NCBI GenBank assembly: GCA_963674695.2
Contig: CAXXGI010000002.1
Location: 192,001-256,000 of the forward strand
Direction of reading: 5' to 3'
Source of the DNA: a bacterium
GTDB lineage: Bacteria > UBA10199 > 2-02-FULL-44-16 > JAAZCA01
DNA length: 64,000 bases
Numbering within the stretch: the stretch's first letter is position 1; every line of letters begins with the position of its first letter. A model generated the notes under the pieces. The model made no database searches and was not told the DNA's origin. It saw only the letters and a list, made by a program, of their open reading frames with translations. The translations under genes were made by a program, and so were the position numbers. Shown here one piece after another: positions 1 to 9,989 of this stretch.

Positions 1-539
1 ATCGTGAGCAGATTGATCGATGTGTATTGTATGGCTTCATAAGTAATGCTGATGCCAATTGCCTGTTTATAGATATCGGTCGTCTTGTTCCCATAAGTGA
101 TGTTACCTTTGGAAATGGTCTCGCCCTCTGCCGTCTCTTCCGGCTCTGCATCAGAAAGTTCCAGAAACGGGAGGTTGGCCTGGGGCTGCGCAATCGTCTC
201 GCTCGAGGCGATCAGACGATTATAGTATGGCGAGGTGCGAATTCCCTTTCTGATAGCGTCTCTAAAAATTTCGGGAACAAGCCAACGGCTGTCCTGATCA
301 AGATCAATCAACTGGCTCACGGTCATTGTACTCGGATTGATACCCAACTCGTGATAGAGATGGTTCAGATCAAAAATGCCATCCTTGTCACAGCCGTCTT
401 TATATTGGGCGCTTAAATATTCGGCAAGGCTAACATCACGCTTCCCCGTGAGTTCCTGCGGCGGTGGAATATTTCCAGCCCTGATCTTTTGAAGCATCTG
501 ATAGATTTCGTGAATTTTTCCTTTTAGTCCAAGTTCCAT
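1..539 (-). CDS. Phage major capsid protein (N-terminal part; runs off the window)
   Basis: Not in the ORF track. ATG at 539 after AGGAGG. Translates MELGLKGKIHEIYQ...SRWLVPEIFRDAIRKG...AEGETISKG...KQAIGISITYEAIQ, resembling HK97-fold capsids. Follows the protease and decoration genes. Confidence 0.75.
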   Translation of the reverse strand, partial: MELGLKGKIHEIYQMLQKIRAGNIPPPQELTGKRDVSLAEYLSAQYKDGCDKDGIFDLNHLYHELGINPSTMTVSQLIDLDQDSRWLVPEIFRDAIRKGIRTSPYYNRLIASSETIAQPQANLPFLELSDAEPEETAEGETISKGNITYGNKTTDIYKQAIGISITYEAIQYTSINLLT

Positions 540-560
540 CGGTTCCTCCTGTTTTTGGTA

Positions 561-1277
561 TTAGAAGACCAGCACATCGATCATGGTGTCTGGTGCCGCT
601 GCCCCGGTCAGGGCAAGGCCATAGGCATCCAAAATCGAGATATCTCCATCCTGAGCCAGTGATGGATCGACAACAATATCCATTCCATCGTCCGTTGTTG
701 AAAGTTCAGGAATTGTATTATTGAAATTGGGGCCGTTTGATTCCCTTCTGACAATCACCTTATCGAAGTCTTCGTGTTCACCCCGATATCCGTCTATATG
801 TGAATCGATTGCATTTGCTATATTCTGCGCAGTCATCGAGATATCTCCCCCTGTGAAGAATTCAAAACCTTCCTGAATCACCTGTGTATCGATGACGAGT
901 TTTTCACCACCGTCCCACATGAAATCCATCACCTTAAATGCGGCCTGTGCCTCACGGAATGTGGCCAGAATGAGCTTGCCGTCGTTATTAAACGTCAGTG
1001 TCTTGCCGATGGGAATCATCTCTCCAGCTACGAGTCTCTGAACAGCGCGTGCCCTCGTGGCCACCACAACCTTTGAACCGGGTTTGCTGTTTGGGACAAG
1101 AACATAACCAACGTGAGGGAAGAAGTCGGGTTGACCCGGGCCTACATAAGGTTCAACCTCGTATTCGTGGATGCCGGTTAGCCGCACGGGTGTGTGCGGT
1201 GCCAAAATACCAAGTCCTTCCTTTACATCAAAGGCGAGTGTTAAAATTCCGTTTAATTCCTCTTTTATTGTACCCAT
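561..1277 (-). CDS. Putative head decoration/cement protein
   Basis: 238 aa with AGGAGG RBS, lying between scaffold and capsid. C-terminus GLALTGAAAPDTMIDVLVF is typical of decoration proteins. Confidence 0.55.
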   Translation of the reverse strand: MGTIKEELNGILTLAFDVKEGLGILAPHTPVRLTGIHEYEVEPYVGPGQPDFFPHVGYVLVPNSKPGSKVVVATRARAVQRLVAGEMIPIGKTLTFNNDGKLILATFREAQAAFKVMDFMWDGGEKLVIDTQVIQEGFEFFTGGDISMTAQNIANAIDSHIDGYRGEHEDFDKVIVRRESNGPNFNNTIPELSTTDDGMDIVVDPSLAQDGDISILDAYGLALTGAAAPDTMIDVLVF

Positions 1278-1294
1278 TGTAATCTCCTCCTTTT

Positions 1295-2620
1295 TTATAG
1301 CGTATGTAAATTTCTCACGTAGTCAGAAGTCTGTTTCGAGAGAACGGACGATTTATTATCGTCTTTTTCGTTTGCCGCTTTTGAACTCTGACGACGAATC
1401 TCTGTACTTCCGCACTTTGCGCATCTGCTTGGAAATTTAATCTCCGCCTCTTTTCTGAACTCCTCTTTCCATGCCTGAACGAGTTCAAGATCTCCGTTTT
1501 CAAGCGTCTTTAAAATCGCCTCGTTTATTTTCTCGCCCTTAACGAGTTTGCAGAGACGAATTGCTTCGGTGCGTTCATCTTCCAGATATTTTTTGCCGAG
1601 TTCAGCCTTGGGTTCGATCGCTTTGATCTTGCCCTCGAATTCGGAGATGCTTTTGTTTGCATTCTCGAGTTGGGTTGCCAATCTGGTAATCTCGGCATCC
1701 GCTTTTTCAGTGAGATTTAGTTTCTCCTTGCCGATACGTTCTTCCAGAAGATTTGCGAAATTGTCGGCGCGGACATCTGTTCCAAATGTTTTATTTAAGA
1801 GTCTTTTAAGTTCTTCCATCTCTTCCTCCTTCGATATTTGAGAATTGTAGGACAACTGTCCAATCTCGTGCTGGGGATCGGTTTCAAGGGATTGACCTAC
1901 CGGCCTGCCTTTGGGTCCGATCTGTTTTGCGTATTCGTCTGCGCCTTGCCACACGAGGGATATTTCGAGGAATCGTTCGATTTTCGTTACGATGATTCGG
2001 ACTAAATCGCCGTCGATCTCCTCTCCCATCTTCTCGAAGAATGTGCCGTCATCCATCAGTTGGGGATGGCTGGGTTTCCATTCAAACGAAACTGTGACGC
2101 TTGCCGAATGAATGATACCCTGCAGTACGCCGCGAACGGTCATCGGATCCTTGATGATATCAAGTTTAAGAATGGCGTTGATGCCGGGAGGGATTCCCTT
2201 TGTCTGGTCGTCCCAGAGCGAATCTTCCACCTGGCCAACCCAGTTGTCCACGCTGGTATCATGGTCTTTGAATACGGTCTGACTTTTTAAGAGGCGGGTG
2301 GCTCGCTTGAGCACCTTCTCATTTGAAAAATCGATCGGACGATCTGCAAGTACAGCAGCTGACAAGGCACGATATGTCACCTCGACAAAATCTTCGGCGG
2401 AGGCCGCAACAGTCGGGGGAAGGGCTGGGGGCTCTCCGCCTTTTTCTTGTGTCTTATTTTTACTTTCGGTGTTGGCAAACTTTGCCCGTTCAAGTTTTTC
2501 TTTTAAGATGTCGGCGGGCTCATCGCAGTGGAGAGAACCTTTAATCGTTAGTGACAGGCTGAGCGGCCTTTGGCCCTTCCAGTTCTGGAGAATCTCCAAC
2601 TTTTGATTTTTCGTCAGCAT
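1295..2620 (-). CDS. Prohead maturation protease fused to a coiled-coil scaffold
   Basis: FKDH...WVG, SASV, EISLVWQGAD motifs resemble HK97-type protease; C-terminal coiled coil. Likely ATG at 2620 after GAAGGA. Confidence 0.7.
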   Translation of the reverse strand: MLTKNQKLEILQNWKGQRPLSLSLTIKGSLHCDEPADILKEKLERAKFANTESKNKTQEKGGEPPALPPTVAASAEDFVEVTYRALSAAVLADRPIDFSNEKVLKRATRLLKSQTVFKDHDTSVDNWVGQVEDSLWDDQTKGIPPGINAILKLDIIKDPMTVRGVLQGIIHSASVTVSFEWKPSHPQLMDDGTFFEKMGEEIDGDLVRIIVTKIERFLEISLVWQGADEYAKQIGPKGRPVGQSLETDPQHEIGQLSYNSQISKEEEMEELKRLLNKTFGTDVRADNFANLLEERIGKEKLNLTEKADAEITRLATQLENANKSISEFEGKIKAIEPKAELGKKYLEDERTEAIRLCKLVKGEKINEAILKTLENGDLELVQAWKEEFRKEAEIKFPSRCAKCGSTEIRRQSSKAANEKDDNKSSVLSKQTSDYVRNLHTL

Positions 2621-2831
2621 AGTTATTCCTTCGATCTCGTTCGGAACATCTCCCACGGAAGTAACTACGCTTACCCAAGAAACTCCCCATCACTTTCACT
2701 ATACCTGAGAACCGGTGTTTTTTTCGCAACTCCTTATTATCGTTAATGTTATCCATAGGAATATTTTACCTCCTCATATCTGAAAAATACGCTGATGAAT
2801 GAAACTCAAACTAAATAACCAACTGAAAATC

Positions 2832-5312
2832 TCATTTAAAACTATCCACCACATATCCGTGTCGACAGTGGGGGTGATATGGTGGCAAGGCAATGCCCTG
2901 AGCCAAAAGGTGATCCTCGCTGATATCAGGAACCACATCCTGATCGATTTTTCCGGGAAGGAATGGATTGAGATAAGGCAAGTCTTCGGGGCTTGAAGAC
3001 ATTACATCTTTGACATGCTGGACAACGGCATCTACCTTGAATTGTTTGCCGACCATGCTTTTACACCATGAGCATGTGACGTTATCCATTGGGCCGGTGA
3101 TCTCGATAGTAGCTGCTTGGGCCTGCTCCACTGTAAATATATTCCCCCAGTTCCTTGCGCGGTTTGTCGTGGTCTCCACGACTCTCACAATCTTGTAGTC
3201 CTCTTGTGCAACTCGGTCCTGAAATCTCATAAAGAATTTATTGAGTTCGCCCGGGTCTCTTAAATTCCGGCCGGACATCATGTATTCATCGGTCAACCAC
3301 CTCTTCAGCGACCTCTGTGTTTGAGGATCGCTGAAATAGCGGCCGAAGTAGAAGTTGTCGGAATCCCTTAAAAACTCTATGGCCTTTTCATCCACCAGTT
3401 CAAACGACGTCTTAATCGGGAATTCACCGGCAAACGGTTCGGCATCCTCAAGACGAAAATGACGATATATTTTGGTCAAGTCTTTAATGATTTCGGCAAC
3501 CAATGCGCTCTCGATTAGCTCTGACCCGAATTTTTGGGTAGCTGTCTGCAGTATCCCACTGGCAAAAAGCTCGCTGTCACCTGTCGTAAAATCGAAGTTT
3601 TTAAGATAGGTTTTAACGGCGTTTAAGGCCGATTTTGATGCCCCGCCAATAATCGGATAGACCTCGGCAAAATAGAATTTCTGAAATTCCCTGACCTTTC
3701 TTTGCGCGGGTGTAAGCCCTTCAGCCTTTAATCTCTGAATAGATGCACCGCACTTGCCATAGTAGCGATGGATAACACGGTGAAGGAGAGTATCGAATAA
3801 ATTGTCCGTGGGTTCTTTTTTAGTTGAGACGTCTGAATGATGAGTAATGATTGCGCTCCTACGCTTATGAGACAGGGATTCATATCGCCCGGATTGCCTG
3901 TTGAATATAAAAGATATCCGATTTTTTGCCCCTTCATCAGAAACTGGAGGTACGGGACTGAATAGGTTTCTTGGTTCTACTTCTGCCGGAGCATCATAGC
4001 CTGCTTCCTGCGCAAATTGGTTCTGGTCGATAATGCCTTGGTCATAAAGCAGTTTCAAATTATTAAGCTTTGTGCCGTATGTGTCTTCATCTCGTTCGGA
4101 ATTGAGAGATTGTGACGGTTCAAATTCAACCCAAAAGTCATCATAGCTTAGCCCTGCAAGACGCAGGTGCAATTTACAGCCGTATTCCAAGACATTTTTT
4201 GCAATCCGTTGATAATTTGTAGTGATAGAAAGCATCTTTTCATAAACTACACTCGCATAAGTTTCTGTTGTGGAATACGTGCGGCCGTGCAGCGCCGGAT
4301 CCGCCTTGAGTCCTGAAAAAACCTGTTGTTCATTCATCTCAAAAAGATCCTTGGCGCCCCGCGCATCTCCGGTGATGGAGTGATGTTCCACGGAAAAAGA
4401 GTCCATAAAACCAACGGCAATGCCATCGCGGTAGTTATGTTTAAGGCGTTCGGCCTGTTCATCCAAAAAGGCCTGACAACGAGCGACATATTTATCTGCG
4501 GTTTCGCCCGGTACCTGTTTCGGCGCACGTACCAGAAAATTTACAAATCCAAGAAGCCCCATTTTTTTTGAGATGAAACGAAGATTCTTGATGATATCCC
4601 GTTGGATGACAATAGACTCGAGTGCGGAAAGAATGGGCGGAATTGCATAGGGGGAATTATCCAGAACCTGTAAGGGAAAGTATTGATACGTCTGCGTATT
4701 AAGCCGAATCAGACCCGAATCTCTCTCTGAAAGGTCGTTTGTCTTTTGATAGGGAATATACTGCCCTATCTCACCATCAAAGATGAATCGAATATCTTTT
4801 AATGGCACGAAGACGACCTGATCGAGACCTGTTAGCGCATCATCGACCACCCACTCGATACTCACCGCACCTCCCCGGGCTATCTGCGCCAGCGAAGAGT
4901 TGATAAAACCATCCATGCCGCCATAATGATTGAAGGCGGTTGTTACAAAACGATTGAGTTCTGTAAGGATCTCAATCTCGGCTTCTTCGGTGTTAGCCTG
5001 AACCATCACCTTATGGCCCGTATTCCCGAGATGAACGATATTGTCGACCATCTGGGCAACATCCGGATTGACAAGACTTAAACTTTGCATTGCTTCCAGA
5101 TAACCGAGGGGAAACGCCGGATTGATGGTGTTCATCTCGTTTACCAGTTCCCGCAGTAACTGACCAAAGGTTACATTGTCTGTAGAGATACGACCCACGG
5201 GAAGGGAACCCGGATCAATCTCCTCCGGCGGTTGATATGTCGCCGAATTGATCCGTGGATAGAAAGTGCGGCCATCGATGACCATTCGTTTCTTTATGAA
5301 TTGTCTTTTCAT
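2832..5312 (-). CDS. Portal protein fused to a Mu gpF/SPP1 gp7-like head morphogenesis domain
   Basis: 826 aa. Portal-like N-terminus (PYAIPPILSAL, STTETYASV, GIIDQNQFAQEAGY). C-terminal TCSWC...LPPYHPHCR motif of the gpF family. Confidence 0.75.
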   Translation of the reverse strand: MKRQFIKKRMVIDGRTFYPRINSATYQPPEEIDPGSLPVGRISTDNVTFGQLLRELVNEMNTINPAFPLGYLEAMQSLSLVNPDVAQMVDNIVHLGNTGHKVMVQANTEEAEIEILTELNRFVTTAFNHYGGMDGFINSSLAQIARGGAVSIEWVVDDALTGLDQVVFVPLKDIRFIFDGEIGQYIPYQKTNDLSERDSGLIRLNTQTYQYFPLQVLDNSPYAIPPILSALESIVIQRDIIKNLRFISKKMGLLGFVNFLVRAPKQVPGETADKYVARCQAFLDEQAERLKHNYRDGIAVGFMDSFSVEHHSITGDARGAKDLFEMNEQQVFSGLKADPALHGRTYSTTETYASVVYEKMLSITTNYQRIAKNVLEYGCKLHLRLAGLSYDDFWVEFEPSQSLNSERDEDTYGTKLNNLKLLYDQGIIDQNQFAQEAGYDAPAEVEPRNLFSPVPPVSDEGAKNRISFIFNRQSGRYESLSHKRRSAIITHHSDVSTKKEPTDNLFDTLLHRVIHRYYGKCGASIQRLKAEGLTPAQRKVREFQKFYFAEVYPIIGGASKSALNAVKTYLKNFDFTTGDSELFASGILQTATQKFGSELIESALVAEIIKDLTKIYRHFRLEDAEPFAGEFPIKTSFELVDEKAIEFLRDSDNFYFGRYFSDPQTQRSLKRWLTDEYMMSGRNLRDPGELNKFFMRFQDRVAQEDYKIVRVVETTTNRARNWGNIFTVEQAQAATIEITGPMDNVTCSWCKSMVGKQFKVDAVVQHVKDVMSSSPEDLPYLNPFLPGKIDQDVVPDISEDHLLAQGIALPPYHPHCRHGYVVDSFK

Positions 5313-5390
5313 GCTGAGTAATACGTTGGAGATGAAAAGTGGATGGCGTTTTCAGATCTGAAAATGAAATATCATAATCTGAAAAGCGAA

Positions 5391-6266
5391 TTATTTGTCA
5401 GCAGATATCAACGCGGCAATCTGCGGCCGGAGGTCGTCGATAACCGTTTTAAAGGGCGGCAGGTCTGATACAAGAGGTCCGAGCCATTGCTCCCACGTCT
5501 TCTCAACATAATTGATCATGGTCTCTTGAAAAAAATCATCCGGACCTTCAAACTCAACGTTTCGCACGGCACACTTGGAGCGGAGAAAGGTGCCGAACGC
5601 AGAGAGGTTCATTTCACCTTTATAAGTTCCGAGTATGCGCCAGAGGTCATAATAATCTCTGGCCCTCGACCGTCCCCAACCCCGGTGCTCTAGTATTTCC
5701 ATATGTTGAAGAATGGCGCGGAGTTTTTCAGCTACGATCTCTTCCAAGGCATACACCTTAATTCGCACATCCAGCGGCTCGCCATATTCATGAATGACCT
5801 TTTGCTCATTGGCCGGCTTAATAATCTTTTCGTCGATGGAGGTCTCAACCATTACGCGTGTATGCAACTCCCTTTGCCATGGAAATTGTGCTCGGATAAT
5901 GAAGGCCTCTTGCCCACTGGGATGGGGTTCCTTTTCGGAATATCGTTCACACGCAATTTCAACAGGTGCGTATTCATCTAACATCTTCTTTGCCGTGCCA
6001 CATGCGGCATTGATTGCAGATTCCATCATCGTTCCGATTGGCACCCCTTCAAGGCCTGAAAAATCGAGATCCTCTGAAAAACGATAGTCGCCGAAATAGC
6101 ATTTTTTGAGCGCGGTTCCACCTTTGAAGACGAGTGTGTTCCGAAGCTCTGCCACATGAGTAATGCCGGCGAGCACCCATGAGAGGAGATAATCTCGCTC
6201 AAGTACTTCCCAAGGGATTCCCAATTTTTTACGGGCCTCTTGTAGCCTTATTCGAAGTGGTTTCAT
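5391..6266 (-). CDS. abiEii: AbiEii-family nucleotidyltransferase toxin (type IV TA)
   Basis: LERDY, LVFKGGTAL, YRFSEDLDF, EEIVAEK, RARDYYD motifs. ATG at 6266 overlaps the upstream stop (ATGA coupling). Confidence 0.92.
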   Translation of the reverse strand: MKPLRIRLQEARKKLGIPWEVLERDYLLSWVLAGITHVAELRNTLVFKGGTALKKCYFGDYRFSEDLDFSGLEGVPIGTMMESAINAACGTAKKMLDEYAPVEIACERYSEKEPHPSGQEAFIIRAQFPWQRELHTRVMVETSIDEKIIKPANEQKVIHEYGEPLDVRIKVYALEEIVAEKLRAILQHMEILEHRGWGRSRARDYYDLWRILGTYKGEMNLSAFGTFLRSKCAVRNVEFEGPDDFFQETMINYVEKTWEQWLGPLVSDLPPFKTVIDDLRPQIAALISADK

Positions 6267-7099
6267 GGCTTCATCCTTCCCGGAAGATTCTCCTGGATCA
6301 TCCAACGTCGATTACATGGCCCCTTTCGTGGGCCTGTTGGATCAAGTGTTCGGTAACCCTTTATTTCAACCTGTAACAGAGGATCAAGTTTGGCTGAATC
6401 GATTCCTTGTTGATCGAGTATCCAACCGAGGCGCTTGGCAGTTGCCGCATCAAGCCTTAATGCATACTCAATAATACGTTCGAGATTGAGGCTGTCGCCA
6501 TGCATCCGAAAGGCATGCAGCACCTCGGCAAAATCACCGCAGTATTGCGGCATTGAGATCCCATCGATCAGTGTTCGTTCAGGATCGGTAATTGTGATGC
6601 GTGATTCCCCGATCCATACTGTTTCTGTCCCAAAGAACCGATTGTGCTTTACCTGAATGAATTGAAATGTCGTGTCGCCTACGATATAGCCGTTGCCCTT
6701 GGAAGTGGCTTGACTTCCTCTTGATCTGGGAATCTGGTTTTCAGTTGTGGTAAGGACGAAGACTCGTCTGGGTACTTGTTCTGTGAGGCCATGGTGATGA
6801 AGTGCTGACCAGTGTGAAATCGCGGCCGGATTCACGAGCGCCATGGCAATTTCAAATTCGTGGGCCGGTGTAACCCCGGGGACAGTGGATGATATGGCAT
6901 AAAGTCCATTGCGAAGCCTTACAACCCATCCTGACTTGGCAAGATGGTGGAGTGCCTGTCGGAGATATCCTTCCGACAACCCGACAGCGGAGGCCATCTC
7001 CTGAGCCCGCGCCGTTGTAAAGATACGCTCTCCTTCGCCGGCCAGCTTTCGGATTAGTTCCAAGCCACCCCCGCTATGAACTAGATGATTTTCGGACAT
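6263..7099 (-). CDS. abiEi: AbiEi-family antitoxin/transcriptional regulator
   Basis: wHTH N-terminus (LAKSGWVVRLRNGLY), ISHWSALHHHGLTEQVP, ITDPERTLID. Coupled to abiEii. Confidence 0.9.
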   Translation of the reverse strand: MSENHLVHSGGGLELIRKLAGEGERIFTTARAQEMASAVGLSEGYLRQALHHLAKSGWVVRLRNGLYAISSTVPGVTPAHEFEIAMALVNPAAISHWSALHHHGLTEQVPRRVFVLTTTENQIPRSRGSQATSKGNGYIVGDTTFQFIQVKHNRFFGTETVWIGESRITITDPERTLIDGISMPQYCGDFAEVLHAFRMHGDSLNLERIIEYALRLDAATAKRLGWILDQQGIDSAKLDPLLQVEIKGYRTLDPTGPRKGPCNRRWMIQENLPGRMKP

Positions 7100-7186
7100 T
7101 GTTAGCTCCTATCGAACAATTGCCTTATTTAATCTACACCCCAATTGTTAGATATATTACGTCATTTGTTCGATAATGTCAAACAA
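7099..7186. promoter_or_regulatory. Two TTGTT-N11-AACAA palindromes; candidate AbiEi operators
   Basis: ttgttagctcctatcgaacaa (7099-7119) and ttgttcgataatgtcaaacaa (7166-7186) lie directly upstream of abiEi. Confidence 0.6.
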
Positions 7187-7227
7187 TATCCATATATAAT
7201 CTATTGGCTGTTATTAGCCAGATAAGC

Positions 7228-7524
7228 CTAAATTTCGCCCGATATGCGATCTAGATACTCTAAAGCCACCTTTGGGTCTTCTTTAAGTGCCTTCATCAAG
7301 GTCTGTCGGGCAAGCAGAGTGGGGCGCTGTTTAAGGAGTTCTCGCCGATCTCCGAAATCGGGGTGGTTTTGAATATGATCGTGCAGCTCACGAAGTGAGA
7401 TTCCAGCATAAAAACAGGCCTCCATGTCGCTTGCACCAAATGCAAAGGCCTCCTCCAGTTTTTGAATTATCTCTTCTCCCAGTTTTTTGGGCTGATCCTC
7501 AGTCTTCTTTTTTCTCTTTGGCAT
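7228..7524 (-). CDS. Terminase small subunit-like HTH protein, possibly C-terminally truncated
   Basis: KLEEAFAFGASDMEACFYAGIS HTH, then LARQTLMKAL...ALEYLDR. Follows the ParB-methylase, as TerS usually does. Confidence 0.6.
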   Translation of the reverse strand: MPKRKKKTEDQPKKLGEEIIQKLEEAFAFGASDMEACFYAGISLRELHDHIQNHPDFGDRRELLKQRPTLLARQTLMKALKEDPKVALEYLDRISGEI

Positions 7525-8725
7525 TGATAATCTCCCCTTTTTCACCAGTGAAAGTTTCCCATCGTTTGACGATGACATCGCAGTAGATCGGATCGAGCTC
7601 AATAAGCCGTGCCTTGCGTTTCGTCTTTTCACAGGCGATCATCGTCGATCCGGATCCACCAAACGGATCCAGAACAATCTCGTTTTCCTTTGATGAATTC
7701 ATAATGAGACGAACGATGAGTTCCACTGGCTTCTGATTCGGATGCAGAGTTCGCGTGATTTTGTTTCCCTTGTCGTCGAACCTTCCGGCAAAAGAACAGA
7801 ACGACGGAATCTCAAAGACGTTCGGATGGTTTTTGACACCGTAAAATTTCGGAGCACCTTTTACAAGGTAGAGGATGGGTTCATACTTCCAAGTGTAATG
7901 ACCAAAATTCATTGCCTGAACATCTTTGAGCCAGATCAGTGTGTTTCGATATTTCCATCCGGATTCAATCGCTGTGGTCAGAAAATCGAGGACGTTAACT
8001 TCTGCGTAACAAACGTAGGCGGGGATGTCTTTACCAACAGCTCTTAAGGCCGCCGAGTAAAAGCTCGTCAGGAACGGCCGGAAGTCTTTCATGTTGTCGT
8101 TTTGTATCGATCGACCCTGTGTATCTTCGTAGTTTACGTTGTAGGGTGGGTCGGTAAATATAATGTCCGCCTTCTCAGTACCCATGAGAAGGTCAACGTC
8201 CTTTTGATTTGTGCTGTCTCCGCAGAGCAATCTGTGCTCTCCTAATTTCCAAATATCCCCCAACTGAGTGACTGGCTCCTCTGGAGGTTCAGGCACTTCA
8301 TCGTCTTTGTCAGAGGGGAGGAGTTCTTCCCTTTGATAATCGACAATGTCTCTCAGTTCATCGTAGTCGAAACCGGTGAGCGTAATCGGAAATTCGCCGG
8401 TATCAATCTCAAGGATGACCTCTTTCAATTTGATCAGATCCCACTCGCCCTGAATCTTGTTTAGGGCAAGGTTGAGGGCTTTTTCCTTTGATGGCGAAAG
8501 ATCAACCACGACGACTTCTGTCGTGTCTTTTCCTAAATCCTGCAACACCTTAAGCCGTTGATGTCCGCCGACAACATTCTGAGATCGCTTATTCCAGACA
8601 ATGGGTTCAACGAGATCGAACTCTTCTATAGATTTTTTCAGGCGCTCAAATTGAGTATCAGAAATCTTGCGCGGATTATACTCCACCAATTTGAGTTCGC
8701 TGATCTTTTTCGTCTTGATTATCAT
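7499..8725 (-). CDS. ParB/Srx-domain DNA adenine methyltransferase (phage type)
   Basis: N-terminal YNPRKI...VVGGHQRL; [14 protein letters not shown] and DPFGGSGS motifs. Confidence 0.9.
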   Translation of the reverse strand: MIIKTKKISELKLVEYNPRKISDTQFERLKKSIEEFDLVEPIVWNKRSQNVVGGHQRLKVLQDLGKDTTEVVVVDLSPSKEKALNLALNKIQGEWDLIKLKEVILEIDTGEFPITLTGFDYDELRDIVDYQREELLPSDKDDEVPEPPEEPVTQLGDIWKLGEHRLLCGDSTNQKDVDLLMGTEKADIIFTDPPYNVNYEDTQGRSIQNDNMKDFRPFLTSFYSAALRAVGKDIPAYVCYAEVNVLDFLTTAIESGWKYRNTLIWLKDVQAMNFGHYTWKYEPILYLVKGAPKFYGVKNHPNVFEIPSFCSFAGRFDDKGNKITRTLHPNQKPVELIVRLIMNSSKENEIVLDPFGGSGSTMIACEKTKRKARLIELDPIYCDVIVKRWETFTGEKGEIINAKEKKED

Positions 8726-9989
8726 TCGCGCTCCCTCTGTTAAATAATGGGGTATCTACCTCAATTCGCCTCTTTGCCATTTCTACATAATCGGGATTCA
8801 AATCGATCCCAATGAATCTTCTATTACGTTTAAGGGCGACAACTCCGGTCGTGCCGGAGCCACAAAATGGATCGAGAACCGTGCAGGGAATCGGATTGTC
8901 TGCAATGCATTTGCAGGATGGCTTGAATCCCTTGGTCTCCACATGAACTATAGGACCACGCCGCACATCCTTTGTCTCGCCGCCACCTTGAAGGTTAGGG
9001 CCATTCTTGCCTTCTGGAGGATTGCCGGATTTTCCAGAACCGCTTTCAAATGAGCGCGTCTTGTTGACGACCCGAGTCCATGGTTTTCCGCAGGCAGGAC
9101 AACAACCTTGTTCACTTGTGCCGGCCAATATGCACGGTTCGATAAGTCTTTTGGGGAATGTGGCAAAGTGTGCCTCGGGAAAGGATTCGGTTGGTATTGT
9201 CCAGATGGTTCGCTTGTTGCGCCTGTTTATTTTAAGGAGTTCACTTTTGCCCTTGTTTTTGATCCATGAGGCAGTTCCCGGCTGAATCTTCTTTACGGTT
9301 TGATCTCCCCATCTGTTGCAGGCCGCCTTTTCCTTGATGGCATCGGCATTATAGAAATATTTTTCAGACCTTGTCAGCAGGAAGAGATATTCATGTGCCT
9401 TAGTCGGCCTGTCCCGAACAGATTCAGGCATTGGATTCGGCTTTGCCCAGATGATGTCGCTTCGGAGATACCAGCCATCTTTTCTGAGGGCAAAAGCCAG
9501 TCTCCATGGAATACCGACGAGATCCTTAGGTTTCAACTGGTGGGCGAGTTTATCCCCGTTATGGTAGCAATCGCCAATATTGAGCCACAGGGTGCCATCA
9601 GTGCGAAGGACGCGCCGTATTTCGCGGAATATGGCTACCAAGTGCCCGATATACAGCTCCGGTGTTGGCTCGAGCCCCAATTCTCCCAACCATGCCCCAC
9701 AATTCGAGCAGTAACTCGTCATCGGCAACTTGCAGTTTGCGCCTATGTTCGTGGATTGCTTGCTATCGGCATCTATTACATCATCCGGCATTCTACGCCG
9801 CCTCGGCGGAGAATTGCCCCAATTATGCCGACATTTAGGATCACCGCCCCAAATCTGGGCAACGGTATCGTAAGACCTTAATCCCCAATAAGGTGGCGAT
9901 GTGATCACACAATGAACGCTTTTATCGGACATCGTCCGAAGAATTCCAAGGCAATCGCCTTGATGGATTTGGAAGGGAGGAGATGCCAC
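8676..9989 (-). CDS. N4/N6 DNA methyltransferase (beta class) with Cys-rich insertions
   Basis: TSPPY, HFATFP and DPFCGSGTT motifs; inserted CSNC, CCPACG and CKC segments. GTG start after AGGAGG. Confidence 0.9.
   Translation of the reverse strand: MASPPFQIHQGDCLGILRTMSDKSVHCVITSPPYWGLRSYDTVAQIWGGDPKCRHNWGNSPPRRRRMPDDVIDADSKQSTNIGANCKLPMTSYCSNCGAWLGELGLEPTPELYIGHLVAIFREIRRVLRTDGTLWLNIGDCYHNGDKLAHQLKPKDLVGIPWRLAFALRKDGWYLRSDIIWAKPNPMPESVRDRPTKAHEYLFLLTRSEKYFYNADAIKEKAACNRWGDQTVKKIQPGTASWIKNKGKSELLKINRRNKRTIWTIPTESFPEAHFATFPKRLIEPCILAGTSEQGCCPACGKPWTRVVNKTRSFESGSGKSGNPPEGKNGPNLQGGGETKDVRRGPIVHVETKGFKPSCKCIADNPIPCTVLDPFCGSGTTGVVALKRNRRFIGIDLNPDYVEMAKRRIEVDTPLFNRGSANDNQDEKDQRTQIGGV

Noticed and set aside
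27-416. 129-aa + strand ORF
   Set aside because: Lies opposite the capsid frame starting at 539, which has a strong SD and fits phage synteny.
2541-2756. 71-aa ORF with strong SD and an A7 run; possible programmed frameshift into the protease
   Set aside because: The protease frame has a TGA between the A7 run and the gene, and has its own SD+ATG at 2620. The small ORF may be real but cannot be supported.
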